The translations under genes and the position numbers were made by a program. From assembly GCA_048013815.1 (NCBI GenBank), contig CM106585.1:18166001-18230000 (forward strand): a DNA stretch of 64,000 bases, read 5' to 3'. Source of the DNA: Setoptus koraiensis. Taxonomy: Eukaryota; Animalia; Arthropoda. Under the pieces are notes generated by a model that did no database searches, had not been told where the DNA came from, and worked only from the letters and a program-made list of their open reading frames with translations. Positions 39,994 through 51,965 of this stretch are shown piece after piece. Position 1 is the stretch's first letter. Each line of letters opens with the position of its first letter.

Positions 39994-42900
39994 TCATGAT
40001 TCGGCCTCTTGCCAGTAGCGAAGATCTATATCGGGCAACATGGCGCAGGGAATTCGCTCGTTGAAGATGGGATGCGGCAAATGAAAGGCGGAACGTTGAA
40101 CATCTTCAATGTAGTCCGAATTGGAGCACAAAATGCGAGCCAGAGAGGTCTTTTTGATCTCTATCAGTTGCTCGGGCGAGAAAGAGGACGGCATCATGGA
40201 GTTCTCAAACCAGAATCTGTCCCCACGGCGCAAGTTGCTAAATTGGCGCGCTATTATACATGCAAATGTGGGACCAACCTGGGCCCCTGGCAATCGTTGT
40301 TCGCTGATGCCGCCCGAAAAGAGATCAATGTCGTCAACGTGTTTATAAAGAAGCGAATATTGATAAGCGGTAAAGTTGCTCAGGTACGGCTCCAAATCCA
40401 TGAATGAATACGCTCTGGGTAGGCCGCACCATTCTCTGTATGTATTATAGCCTGGAACTCCTTGCTCGCGAGCTGTATATATGTGTATGTTTGTGTTGTA
40501 GAGGGCGATAGGGAGAACAAAAGTGTGAGTATGTTTGATGTTCCCATTAGACCTCTGTGCATACTAGAATGGCGGCCTCTTCGGATGGGCTCGAATGAGA
40601 TGTTGCCGAGGTTTCGCCGGCAAACCGAGACCGATCCGTCAGAAGGGCGACACAAAATCGGCCGGTTCACAGCAATTCGAGCAGCAACGCTGAACACTGT
40701 ACCGATACAAGGGATATGCAGCGATCTTCGTTGCGGCAGCGCCATTAATCGCTCGATTCCCTGCGGAAATAACAGCGCTGTTTGTTTGTTTGTTCAAGAC
40801 TGCTTATTGAGACCGAAATGGAAAACGGGCCCCTTTCCCAATCTCAATGGCTCGTGGCTATTGCCCATCATCATATGGCCTGCATCATATGGCTATCCAC
40901 GGAACGGACGTGCTACAGAGAGACAGCTCAACACTTACCACGTTGTATGTTGATGGAGGGCAAATCGAAGCCAACTGGCGAACCCGGCCGCTGAAATAGA
41001 TGGCCTGATATGTCCTCGGCCAAGAAGGGGTCAAAAGATTGCGCGGGCGTATTTACAAGACCCAGCACAAACTCATCGAGGGCGCCCGGTTGAAACAGGG
41101 GCCAAGGTTGACGGAAAAGATTGCGCAATTGGTGCGTGCCAACCAGTTGGTGCCGGCTATTGTAGCGCCTCACAACGCCCTGCACAAATGTGTGACCCTG
41201 TCTGAAGGCCGCCGTTGAAAACTCGTTCGATATGCCAATGTTGACGTCAGGATCATAATGGTCCCAATAGGTGACAGCCTCGGTAAGATTGTATTGGGCA
41301 CAAATATCTGGACCAATTAGAGCGGGCAAATATTCGGCTAGTATGATGTGCTGCATTATAGCGGCTATTATATGACGCGTCTCCTGGTAGATTCGCTCAT
41401 CTGACCAATGTCCATTCAGTGATTCCAATATACCGGCCAGTCTGTTATGTTCTCTCACGTGCATTATGTGCAAAGCCGTTAATTGAGTTTGTTCGTTGAC
41501 CCTGACATCGCCGGCAATAAAGCAATACAAGTCGCTAGGTCTGTTGACACAGTCAACATCGGGATCTTGCCGCTGCGGCGGCAACAACGGCTTCAGGCCC
41601 TCTTCGCTAAAATAGTTCCAGGTTCTCATTCTACCACCACGGTACTCTCTCAATTCTCTGGCGTCCTCAACATTTGTGCCGTAGATGAAATTTGCATCGA
41701 TGCTGCTAGTGATGGCATTCAGTTGTGCCCTGGGCCCCAACACACAGTTGGGCCTAACGGCGGCCAGGGACCTCTTGAATTCCAGACATTGGATATTGTG
41801 TCGGGCGTATTTGGGGTCATCTGGTGCCACCCTTATGGGCAAACAAAGCGAATGATCGTTGTTGGGGCAACATTTCAGGTTGTGTCCGCTAGATTCTGAT
41901 GTGTCCGACGGTGTGTTTGTGTGATAATTTGCGAATGACGTGTTGTAATCATGAAGCATGAGCCGCCAGAGTTCATGTGGGCCCCATCAAAGATCGAGCG
42001 TCGTCGAGATGCAAAGTAATAAATTAAAATAAATTAAAGTATTGTAAAGGATGTTGTTCGCATAGGATAGATAATGATGATTGAATAACAGCACTAGTTG
42101 AGTTGGCATTGTCTTTGGAAGGGAAGGGGAAAGAACCCAAACCGTTTTTTAAGCTTTGGCGCCAATGCAAGCGTTTGAATTCAACACGTGGCGCACCACT
42201 GCAATCACTGCAGTGGCCTATAATACAAACATTGCACTGTAACAGAAACGGGAATAACGATCTCGTCACAACACCCATGTGAATACGTAATGCATTGCGT
42301 AATATATAGACTATATAAAGGCAAAATAATAATAACAATATTTATAGACTAGATGAATGTATGGATAATTCATGGGTGGCCACGAAGGCCAGGCGAGATT
42401 AAGTGGAAAAAAGAAGCTAGCTCTTTCTTCGAAACAAGCCAACCCACAAACGACCCCACAAACAGCGGCAGGACAGGCTGGCTCGGGTGGGATGGGATGA
42501 GATGGGATGGAAAAGGATAGCAAGGGTAGGTTAGAACGTGATCTGACGTGCAATGACGCAGCAACGTTGAAATTGGATATTTACCTGAGGGCGGAGTGGC
42601 CAGTGCTAGGTCATGGTCTACCAGTTGGCCCCAGCTCATTATAAGCAACGACAATTCACTAGAGGGCCGATCGTAATCTTGGTGCACCAATGACACCACC
42701 GTTCTTGCGGAGGGTAGCTCGCTTAAGTCGGCACTAGACACTCTTGGCTCGCTAACGCCGTCCGCGTAATCTGATGGCACATAACGGACAAACGGAGTGT
42801 TTGCGGCGCCCATGGTGGGATAATTCAAATTATTACAATGACCCGTAATAGATCTATAACGGTTATTTGGCATACATTCTATTTGGCGCGCAGTAGTCGG

Positions 42901-45030
42901 ACATAAATTCCACATTCTAGTTTGTTTTATATCAATCATAGGCAAACCGTTCAATATTTCATCTGATGACAAATCAAAACGATTTGCGAGAATTTCCGTA
43001 ACCAATTGATTGAGTTCACCAATCACATTCAGCGTGCCCTCGCTAGGCTCCGCGTCATCCAGATCGTCCGGCATCTGAAACTCAAGCTCGCGTTTGGCCT
43101 CCTCGAGGGCCTCATCCACGTGATCAAACGTAATGCAAACTTGATTGACGACGCCATCCAAGCCACTGGCCGAAGCCATCATGGGATCGACGCCATCAAC
43201 TAATCCGCTGTTGTTATTGTCAGCGTTGCTCACTTGACCTTCGCTGGCCGAACTATTTGCAAGGGCGTAAATGTGACCACTGGCGCTGGAAGCTCGATAC
43301 TTTGAATCACTCCAGTATCTGTTGCCACCAGCTAAGAGGCCCTCGGATTTGTCTCTGTTCAGCGGTGGCCGTTCGCGATTATGCTGATGATGCCTCTTGA
43401 AGCGTCTTCTTTGTTCACTCCGCGTGGCTGTTCCCGGCGGGTCACTGGCAGCCGCCCGATAGTTGTAGTACCTATAGCCGTCATACGGGCCGGCGGCTGC
43501 AGCGCCGGGCCTCTGGTGGCCCGCTAGCGCCGACGACAACTGCAAGCCGGAGCCAACACCCTGAACGAGGCTGTTAGCGTCGACTAGCCGCTCCAAAAGT
43601 AAAGCGCACTGATCCGAAACCGAGTAGCTAGACTGACGTCTAGTGTTGGCCTCAGGATAATGGCGCTGATGGTGTGAAGGTGACACCATATCACTAGTTG
43701 AATCTCTGGAATGCTGCCCTTGATGATGATGGCCTCTGTGTATCTTACGGAATGCAGGATGTGGGCTGAATTGTCGATGGTGAGCTCTTTGTTGTTGGCT
43801 GTAGTTGTTGTTGTTGTTGTTGTTCGGACGGCGTCTACCGTTGGGCCGTCTTGGCGGCGACGACAAATCTATCTTGTTTGCCTTTGCCACTGCATCGGCC
43901 AAGGTTCTCGCGACATCGTAGGTGCTGACAGCTGATGTTGCTGGCCTCAAGAGGAAGCTCGGAAAGTATTCGTACTTGATATCGGCATTGCTGCCAGTGT
44001 CAGTGCTAGTGGAAGGTTGAGTTGCTGCGTAGTCGCTTTCAGGTGGACTCGCGGGATCTGTGGGGCCCGTTTGCGAATGCCCGCCACTGGCTATAGTTGG
44101 CGGTGGCTCAATGTTGGAAAGGCCACCATTATCGGCTTGCTGCATGGCTGCTGGTGGATTCAAGGGCGGCGAATGATGGAATGGTCTAGTTACAACACTG
44201 TCGCGATAATCTTCATGATGATTATCATTGCGCACCCCCATAAATGGGGCCGATTTTTCTTTGGTTGTGTGAACAGTGATTAGCGAATGAACAACAATTT
44301 TTTTAGCGTCTCTATCATTGTCATTGTTTAAGCTTCTACTTTCAATTATTGTTGTTGCTGGCTTGTCGTTGGTGTTTGCCAGCGCATAGCTACTTAAATG
44401 CAAATCAGCACCGCCGGCCGTTGCACTCATAGGTGCCGGCCACGACTCAACACCACCATTCGTATACACTAACGCTGGCCCGTTATGTTCAGATTGATTA
44501 TTATTTGCTGTTGTACTGGCACTGTTTTCAATCAGATTAATCAAACCGTTTATTTTAGCACTTGCATAGCCGCTGCTGCTGGTCGGCACATAGCTATTTG
44601 CTTGCGATGGCTGCTTGATTTGTATCACACGGACAGTGTCCATGTGAGTGGCTTGATTTGAGTTTGATTCATCATTGAGCGGCGTTAATCTGTATCCGTA
44701 CAATGATGAAGTTGAGTCGGCTATCTGCTTGCTATCAACATCTTCTTGGTTCTCGCCGCCGCTGAACATGGACACAGACGGAACAAGTAGCGTGCCTATG
44801 AGTAGCGTGCAGCCGATAAGCAATATATTAAGACAGACAAATCTGTGGATTGGCATGCTTCTTTGAAATGGCTTCTGAACATTGCATGCTAATCGCTTCT
44901 TTGGGCTTCTTTTCGATTCTGACGCCAACACCGGAGCTTGGCTTGCACAGTTGCAAATGTGCCGCTGTCTCTGTTGTAGCTCTTGTTGTTGCTGCTGTCG
45001 GTTTAAATTATTACGCTGAGATATTATCAT
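39994..45030 (-). CDS. Animal heme peroxidase (chorion peroxidase/peroxinectin-like), ~1,235-1,293 aa; exons 45030(or 44856)-42585, 41895-40939, 40472-39994
   Basis: YRSITGHCNN, WGQLVDHD (distal His), GDVRVNEQ, REHNRLA, AAFRQGH (proximal His), NIQR|AREQGVPGY, DIDLFSGG and GDRFWFEN. Phase-1 introns are 42584-41896 (689 nt) and 40938-40473 (466 nt). The joined length is a multiple of 3. A hydrophobic leader follows Met at 44856. Confidence 0.92.
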
Positions 45031-47107
45031 TGCTGACGATGGGCTCTGGCGAGCTGGTTGCTGTTTGGCACTTGGCGATGGCACTGGGTTGCTGGTGGCT
45101 TTTGGCGACGATTTGCGCGACCTCAAGCTGGACGGCCTACAATCAATGGCGACAAAAATGGTTTAGATAAATGTGATTCACGAAGGCTCAAAGTAACTCT
45201 TTCTCTATCTCTCTTTCTTATATTAGTGCTATGTAACTGGACGTAACAAGTCTACTTAGCGCTCAAGTTTTCTTTTGACATTACCTATTGGGGCTCCGAT
45301 GGAATGTTCGAGTTGACGAGTCCATCACGACTCAGATCAACTCATTATTGTTGACTGTTACGCTCACTACTTGCGCACATTGACAATTATTATTGATGAA
45401 TATGCAAATTGCAAATCAGCAACCGTCCATAATGCTCCTATGGGTGCCGTATTGTGTACAATGAGTAATGAATGATGATTTAGCTAGTAATTATGATGTA
45501 TTAATTCTAAGAATGACATGAGTGGTATTAAAGTGAGCGAGTGAGAGTGGGAGAGAGGATAAGGATAAGGATGAGGATGAGAGAAAGCTTTTCGGCGCTG
45601 TCACAACTCGTCGCTGTTTGATCGCCTCTGTGGCTTCTTGACACACTGGACTGGCTCGCTGGTTTCACTCTTGTGGCCGGTATCAATAGCCACACCAGAG
45701 AATAAGTATTGCCGCCATGTACATGTGTGCGTATGCTGTCTTAGATAGGGACGGGTGAGAGAGGGACGGGGCAAATAACAGCAACCGTTGAAGAATCGTC
45801 TCGTCGATTCTATCCCAAGATAGAGAGATTATCACTGCTCTTTTGGCTCTTTTGGCTGGCGGCTACCAAGCTAACACAAAACTTAACAAACTGAGCAGCT
45901 GGTGCAAGTGTAACACGGCAACTGTAACTGGGCAACAACAACAATGAACTTCTTTTAGTGTTAGATTGGCCCCAAGTGGAGAAAGGCTCGCTCAATGATA
46001 AAGAGGGATGAATTTGAGAGCGAGATGGTGTGATTAAAAGCAAGACACAGGCGGTGCCGCTGTCGTTGTCGTTGTTGTTGTTGTTGCTGTTATTATGGCA
46101 CATACATGATTGATTTGTTGTGGACACTCATCAGATCAATCTGTGAGCCGTATCTGTTTAGCAAGCAGCAGCAGCAGAAGAATTAAAAACAGTTAGGTAA
46201 GTATCATTTATCATTTAGTTTCTTCATCAGTTATTTAGATGGCGAGTTAGCGCGTTAGCCAGTTAATTAGTCAGTTAGTTAGCTAACTGACTGGCTCAAT
46301 GGCTGGCGAGCTCGCTCGCTGTATGGCTGGCTGGCTAGACGGTTAGATTGTTGACTGATGGAGCCATAGAGGAACTGTTGAATGTAGCAATGAGCAGCGA
46401 GGCAGAACTAGTTATCAAAAAATTTGTCTGTGTGTGTGTGCGTGTGTGTCTAACTTGACTCACAAGTACAATTAAGAGAATGGCATAGATGTTAAATTGA
46501 TAGTGTATCAATTTAACAAAGAGAAACAAGTTTCTCTAAATTAACACAATTTGTCTCTTTCTTAATTGAACACAACGGTCCACTTTCTCTGTCTCTGTCT
46601 CTGTCTCCATATCCATTCTCTTTTCAATTATCTGCCATTGCTATATGTAGATATTTATTGTCTATACGGCAACAGTAGTGCCAGTGGCCTCCGATCCAAT
46701 GATGAATTGGATGTTATTGTGTCCGAATGGCACTGGCCGTCTGAATGGCACTGGCGCTCACTGGTGGGTCTTTTCACCATTTGGACATTGGCCAGTGGCT
46801 AGCATTGACTGTTTGGCTGTCTCAATCAATGGCTCGGTCGCAATCAATTATCACTTCGACTCTTTTGTTTGATTGCTCTCGTCTGACAGCTCGTCGGCCA
46901 GAGCTAAATGTTTCAAACAACAACCACGGCAGCAGCAACACAAAAACAACGCCACCACCAACAACACAGAGACAACTCGGCAAAAACCAAATTTGGCTCT
47001 CTCATCCACTCATACAACTATACACAGCTAATATATAGCTATATATAGCTGGCCGCCAGACTGACACAGGCGGCCGAATTAACAATCTCACTGTCGATTG
47101 GTCCGCC

Positions 47108-47108
47108 G

Positions 47109-47157
<49 letters not shown>
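47108..47157. repeat. (GTT)n trinucleotide microsatellite
   Basis: About 16 consecutive GTT units. Confidence 0.9.
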
Positions 47158-50100
47158 ATTAAGCTGACGCAAGTTCATCGGGCTAATCCATCGCCATTGA
47201 TATATACTGATATGCATTCATATGTATTGATGTGTATTGATATGTGTAGTGATGTGTGCATTGATATGCGGTGATTTGTATTGATTTTAAGTCCAACGAG
47301 GGCTCTTGTCGCAGCCAGATATTGATAGATAATTAGTTTCTTGTTGATTAAGTACTAGCTCGCTGTCAGTCAGCGATACACTGGCCCCCACCGACTGGCC
47401 AGTCAGCTGACTTGATACAATCAGCCTGATCAGCCTGATCAGCTTGATAGATTGCTAGACGTTTGCAACAAGATAATTAAGCGCTCATTGGAAGTGCATG
47501 CGCGAATATTGTTATTGTGTATCATTGTAATTGGCAGTGCGCTGGCATTGAATGAGATGATAGTGCACCCATTGACACGGGCATTATCTGCCAATGCAAA
47601 TTATCCATAATATTAAGTATCAATCTAGATTTCATTGTCGATGGCTCGATAAAGCCGATAAAGCCGCCATAACCGACATTAACACCGAGCGCTGCCACTG
47701 GCCACAGCCAACACTGCCCATGATCAGCGAACACAAACTTGCGAGCAACAGCAACAACAACAAATCGATCATATCCTCCTATTGATTGCGACATGCCAAC
47801 GTGATAATAATTCCCAGATTTGCCCCCATTAATACCTCCAAGCTATCCAAGGCGCACTGACAGCTGGCCAGTTAACCTGGGGCGATGCTGCCATTTGTTA
47901 CGTGTGTGTATGTGTGTAATGTCACCAGAATAGTATCAACTGAACTGGATGAGTAATCGTGCCTATGTACAGGTATCTCATCGCAGTTCAAATCGCATGT
48001 GTGAGCGTGTGCAACAAACCGTAAGAGTCATGAGAGTGACGTATATCAAATCAAGATGTTATGAGGGCCAATGTGAACAAACTTGCTGAGAAGCGGGGGC
48101 AACAATTGATTGGAAACAATCAATTGCTTATTGCAATAAATGTTGTGCAATAAGCAGCAAGTGTCGTCGTCGTGCAATCAAACTGGTTTCATGGTTCAAC
48201 ATCATCTCGCCCCCGACACAACTGTCCGATCCGACTCGCTTATCTGATTGTGCGATAGTATCAATGCAAACTCATTGGCACACTTGTACCTCTACTCGCT
48301 CTATCGGCAAATCAATAATGACCATTGATGGTCTTAAACGAGCCTTTTTCTCGAAAATAATTATATTTGATGCCTCGAGACACGCACACACACACACACA
48401 CACACATACCCATACATTGGCACAAACGGCACACAAGTCAAGACGCAGGCAAGATTGATGGCACAAACCGACGCATTAATTAGATTAGACGATGCCGATT
48501 CATTCAGCAAATCTACAAGGCCACTCTTTGTCTGCGCTATCCGTCTGCCTATCCGTTTGGGTGGCCAATTTAATTATGATGCCAATCTAATGCGTCTCAC
48601 TGCATTAGCGACGCAAAGGCCTCTCGCAAAAACCGCGCTTCCTTCATTATTAACCAATCAGCCACAATACAACGCTTGTGCGGTGTAGTAGCGACGAAAC
48701 AATCAAACTCAACCACAACCGTCGCTGCAAATGATCAGATCGCTTGCCGGGCTCATCATACACTCAACTATCTGCACCAAATTAGTTTGCGACGTTCGTT
48801 CAACTGTTTCAGGGAAAGATTGAAGCAGAAAATTGCTGGCTTCCAATTGGGAGATTAGATTAGTCGGCAACACTATCACTATAAGCTATCATTTGTCTAA
48901 AATATGACGATGATCTCTCGAACTGTCGCTGAACTTCTACGCACTCCACTTGCGACCTCTACTCAAGAAGGCCCTCCAATAATGAACGACGACTATGCAA
49001 ACGACCAAAAAGACACGCAAACAGCCATGCTTATCCACGCAAACTCACTGCCAAAATTTGCCTAGACCAACAATCAACTAACTGTGCTATATGTGATGTG
49101 ATCCGATGTATTTTGACGATCAGTTATGATCACAATGTATAAATATATTTTCTCTTTTGCGGAGGTGGCAGTAGTACAACAACAATGAACAACGCTATCG
49201 CTAAACTAAATGTGTGCTCATGTGAGTTTGTTTGGGTGTGCGTGCCTATGTTCCGTTTGCCCATTTCAAAAAGCCTATTCGCATCATTATTGATGACGTA
49301 ATATTGTTAGTGTAAATAAGGAAATAGAGACGTGCAGTTGAGAGAGCTATTAACATTTATCTGTGTGTGTGTCTCTCTAGAATTGTCACATGGTCTCATC
49401 TGCTTGCATCAAGCCAGCCACCCAGCCATTATTCAGAACCAGATCCATAACAAGGCTCAAGCTGGCTCACATAGATCAACTTTCAACTTAAAGTGGCTAT
49501 GTATGTACAAAATATAAACAAACCAGATGCTATCTGTTATTACATAATATCAGACACATGACAACGTTATTTGACCTGTGGGATTAGATGTTTACAAAAC
49601 ACAAGTTAAATAACTTATGAATCGTGCATTGGTGTACAGTAGTGATAATAATAATAATATTATTCTTATTACTGACACCGTTTTACTGTATTATGGTACA
49701 ATGCTTGTTCCAATTCCGATGAACTCGCTCGCTCTATGATTGTCGGTTTAAAGCAAGGTATTCTTTTTAGGTGAATATAAATAAAAAAAAACAAACAACA
49801 GTCGATATACTCTATCATATCCTTTGGATATTCCATTTCAGAGAACCGAACTAACAATTTGTGCCGTTCAATAATATACCACGCCCAAAGAAAACAAAAA
49901 TTGAAACATTTTTGTAAAAATAATAAAATAAAAAACGGCGCAGTAAAAAACACGATAAAACACCCATGTTTGTAAACGGCCTACATGCGCCGACGTAGTT
50001 TTAGTCGACCATTCTCTCGATGAGACCATAATATGTGATGGATATTCTACGCGAAACAACAATGTTTCGCATCTTATATATATTTTATGAACTCACTCTA

Positions 50101-50561
50101 TAGCTCTACAATTTATTAATTATGGTATGACCTATGTTGTAGTAAAAAAGTTATTACACAATAGCAATAATGTAGTTTTAGCGAAGACATCATTTCGGCT
50201 GTTACAACAATCAACTACTAATTATCTGTAAAGTTGCCATGTAGATAAACTAACTTCAATTTCAATCGTAGTCTGACGTTATCACCTAACGCAGAAAAAC
50301 CAGAGTTAGTCGTTGCGTTGATAGTCGTACAATTTGTTGTGGTGCATCCTCATGAATTTATCAATTATGTCCTTGCAATCCATTTTTCAATTTATTCCTG
50401 AATAAGATTGATACAGTTATGCCGAGTGTGGTTTCAGTACTGATTATTCTTTGCTTTTGGACATGTTACCAATGTTACACACTGTGTCCCGTACAATTAA
50501 AGTCAATCTGATTGCTGGCTGGAAGAGTCAACTGTTCAGCTTGTTGTGCGTTTGTTCCGAC

Positions 50562-51965
50562 TCAACAAGGTTGCCTTAATTGAGCCAGGCTGAGTTGAAA
50601 TGACACTGCTGAGGTATTAGGTAAATAAGCTGGCGATTGCATAAGAGATGATGAAGTTGAAGATGCAGATGAAGATGTTGATGACACTGATGACGAAAGA
50701 ATTGAGTTCTCTGATGATGATGACGATGATGAGCTAGATGACGAGCAAGATGACGCGGAAGTGGATGAAGATGAAGGAGTTGGATGCAGATCGCACAGAT
50801 TGTTCATTGCATCCAGATCACTAACGTCCCTTTGTGTGGTATTATTATTTTTTGTTCTCGTCTGTTTAATTTCTAAAGCGATAGTTGCAGTGTGTGCTAT
50901 AGGAGTAGTAGTTGTTGTTTGCGATGCTAAATCGCTATCACGACCATCTTGTGGCTCTAAATTTGCTAATGGTTCATTATTATTTCGATGCTTTTTCTGG
51001 TCAGCATCTAGTATTTTCTCACTAAAGTGAGTTGGAACACGAAAAGATATAAATTGGTTGCGTTCAGTTAGATTATCATTTAATTCAAGTAAATCAACTG
51101 GTATAGGAATTCCACCTAGATCACACACTGCTGTATCGCAGTTTTCGCTGATGTCAATGGTAGCTTCTCTAGATACAACTGGAGCATCTGCATCAACTAT
51201 GATTTTCTTATCAATGATTTGATTGCTAATATCTTCAGATTTGGAATTGATTTGTAGATTTGAATATGTTGCTGCAGAATTTGTTGGTGTATCTGCAGAT
51301 AAAGTTCTTCGATTGTCACGACTGATCGCTGATGCAGTTTCGGAGTCACTGAGATTTTTATTGTTTAGTGTAGATGATTCTTTAGCGGTAGTAGTAATAG
51401 TTGTTGTAGGAGTAGTAGTAGTAACTGGTGTTTGTTGATCATCACAACTTTGTTGCATCACTGGCCATGGATTGTAGTTTGGACATCGCCTACGATCTCT
51501 TAGTAATCTTTCTTGTCTTGTTGTTTCATCTTCCATGATATCCTTATAGTTGTAGCTGGTCAGATCCCAGCTATTTTCTTTGAGCATGTGGGCTAATTCA
51601 ATAATATATTTACCCTCTTTATATTTTTGACTAGCTTCAAATGCTTGCTTGTATTTCCAGCCCAATGTTGTTTTGCAATTATCACAATAGATGTCGGCTA
51701 CATCATGTAAGCCTGTCATTAATAGGCGCTGTTCCGCAGGACCACATCCGACATTAACTACAGAATTAAATAGGTAAGCTCTACCATGGGTACCCTGGAA
51801 GGCCGTTGATATTAGTTCGTCGTGATTAGCTAGATGGGCTCTACAGTGAATACAACTATAGATGCGATGACAATCATTATTTAGATATTCTTGATTATTA
51901 GTAGTGCTATTATTTGACCTTCTAGGTCTGGATGCATTATTATGGATCAAGCTCGATCGAACCAT
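50562..51965 (-). CDS. YPEL: Yippee-like protein (YPEL1-4 type) with long C-terminal extension, intronless, ~467 aa
   Basis: [36 protein letters not shown]...[22 protein letters not shown]...[19 protein letters not shown] closely matches what I recall of YPEL1/2. The frame stays open for 333 more codons. Confidence 0.93.
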   Translation of the reverse strand: MVRSSLIHNNASRPRRSNNSTTNNQEYLNNDCHRIYSCIHCRAHLANHDELISTAFQGTHGRAYLFNSVVNVGCGPAEQRLLMTGLHDVADIYCDNCKTTLGWKYKQAFEASQKYKEGKYIIELAHMLKENSWDLTSYNYKDIMEDETTRQERLLRDRRRCPNYNPWPVMQQSCDDQQTPVTTTTPTTTITTTAKESSTLNNKNLSDSETASAISRDNRRTLSADTPTNSAATYSNLQINSKSEDISNQIIDKKIIVDADAPVVSREATIDISENCDTAVCDLGGIPIPVDLLELNDNLTERNQFISFRVPTHFSEKILDADQKKHRNNNEPLANLEPQDGRDSDLASQTTTTTPIAHTATIALEIKQTRTKNNNTTQRDVSDLDAMNNLCDLHPTPSSSSTSASSCSSSSSSSSSSSENSILSSSVSSTSSSASSTSSSLMQSPAYLPNTSAVSFQLSLAQLRQPC

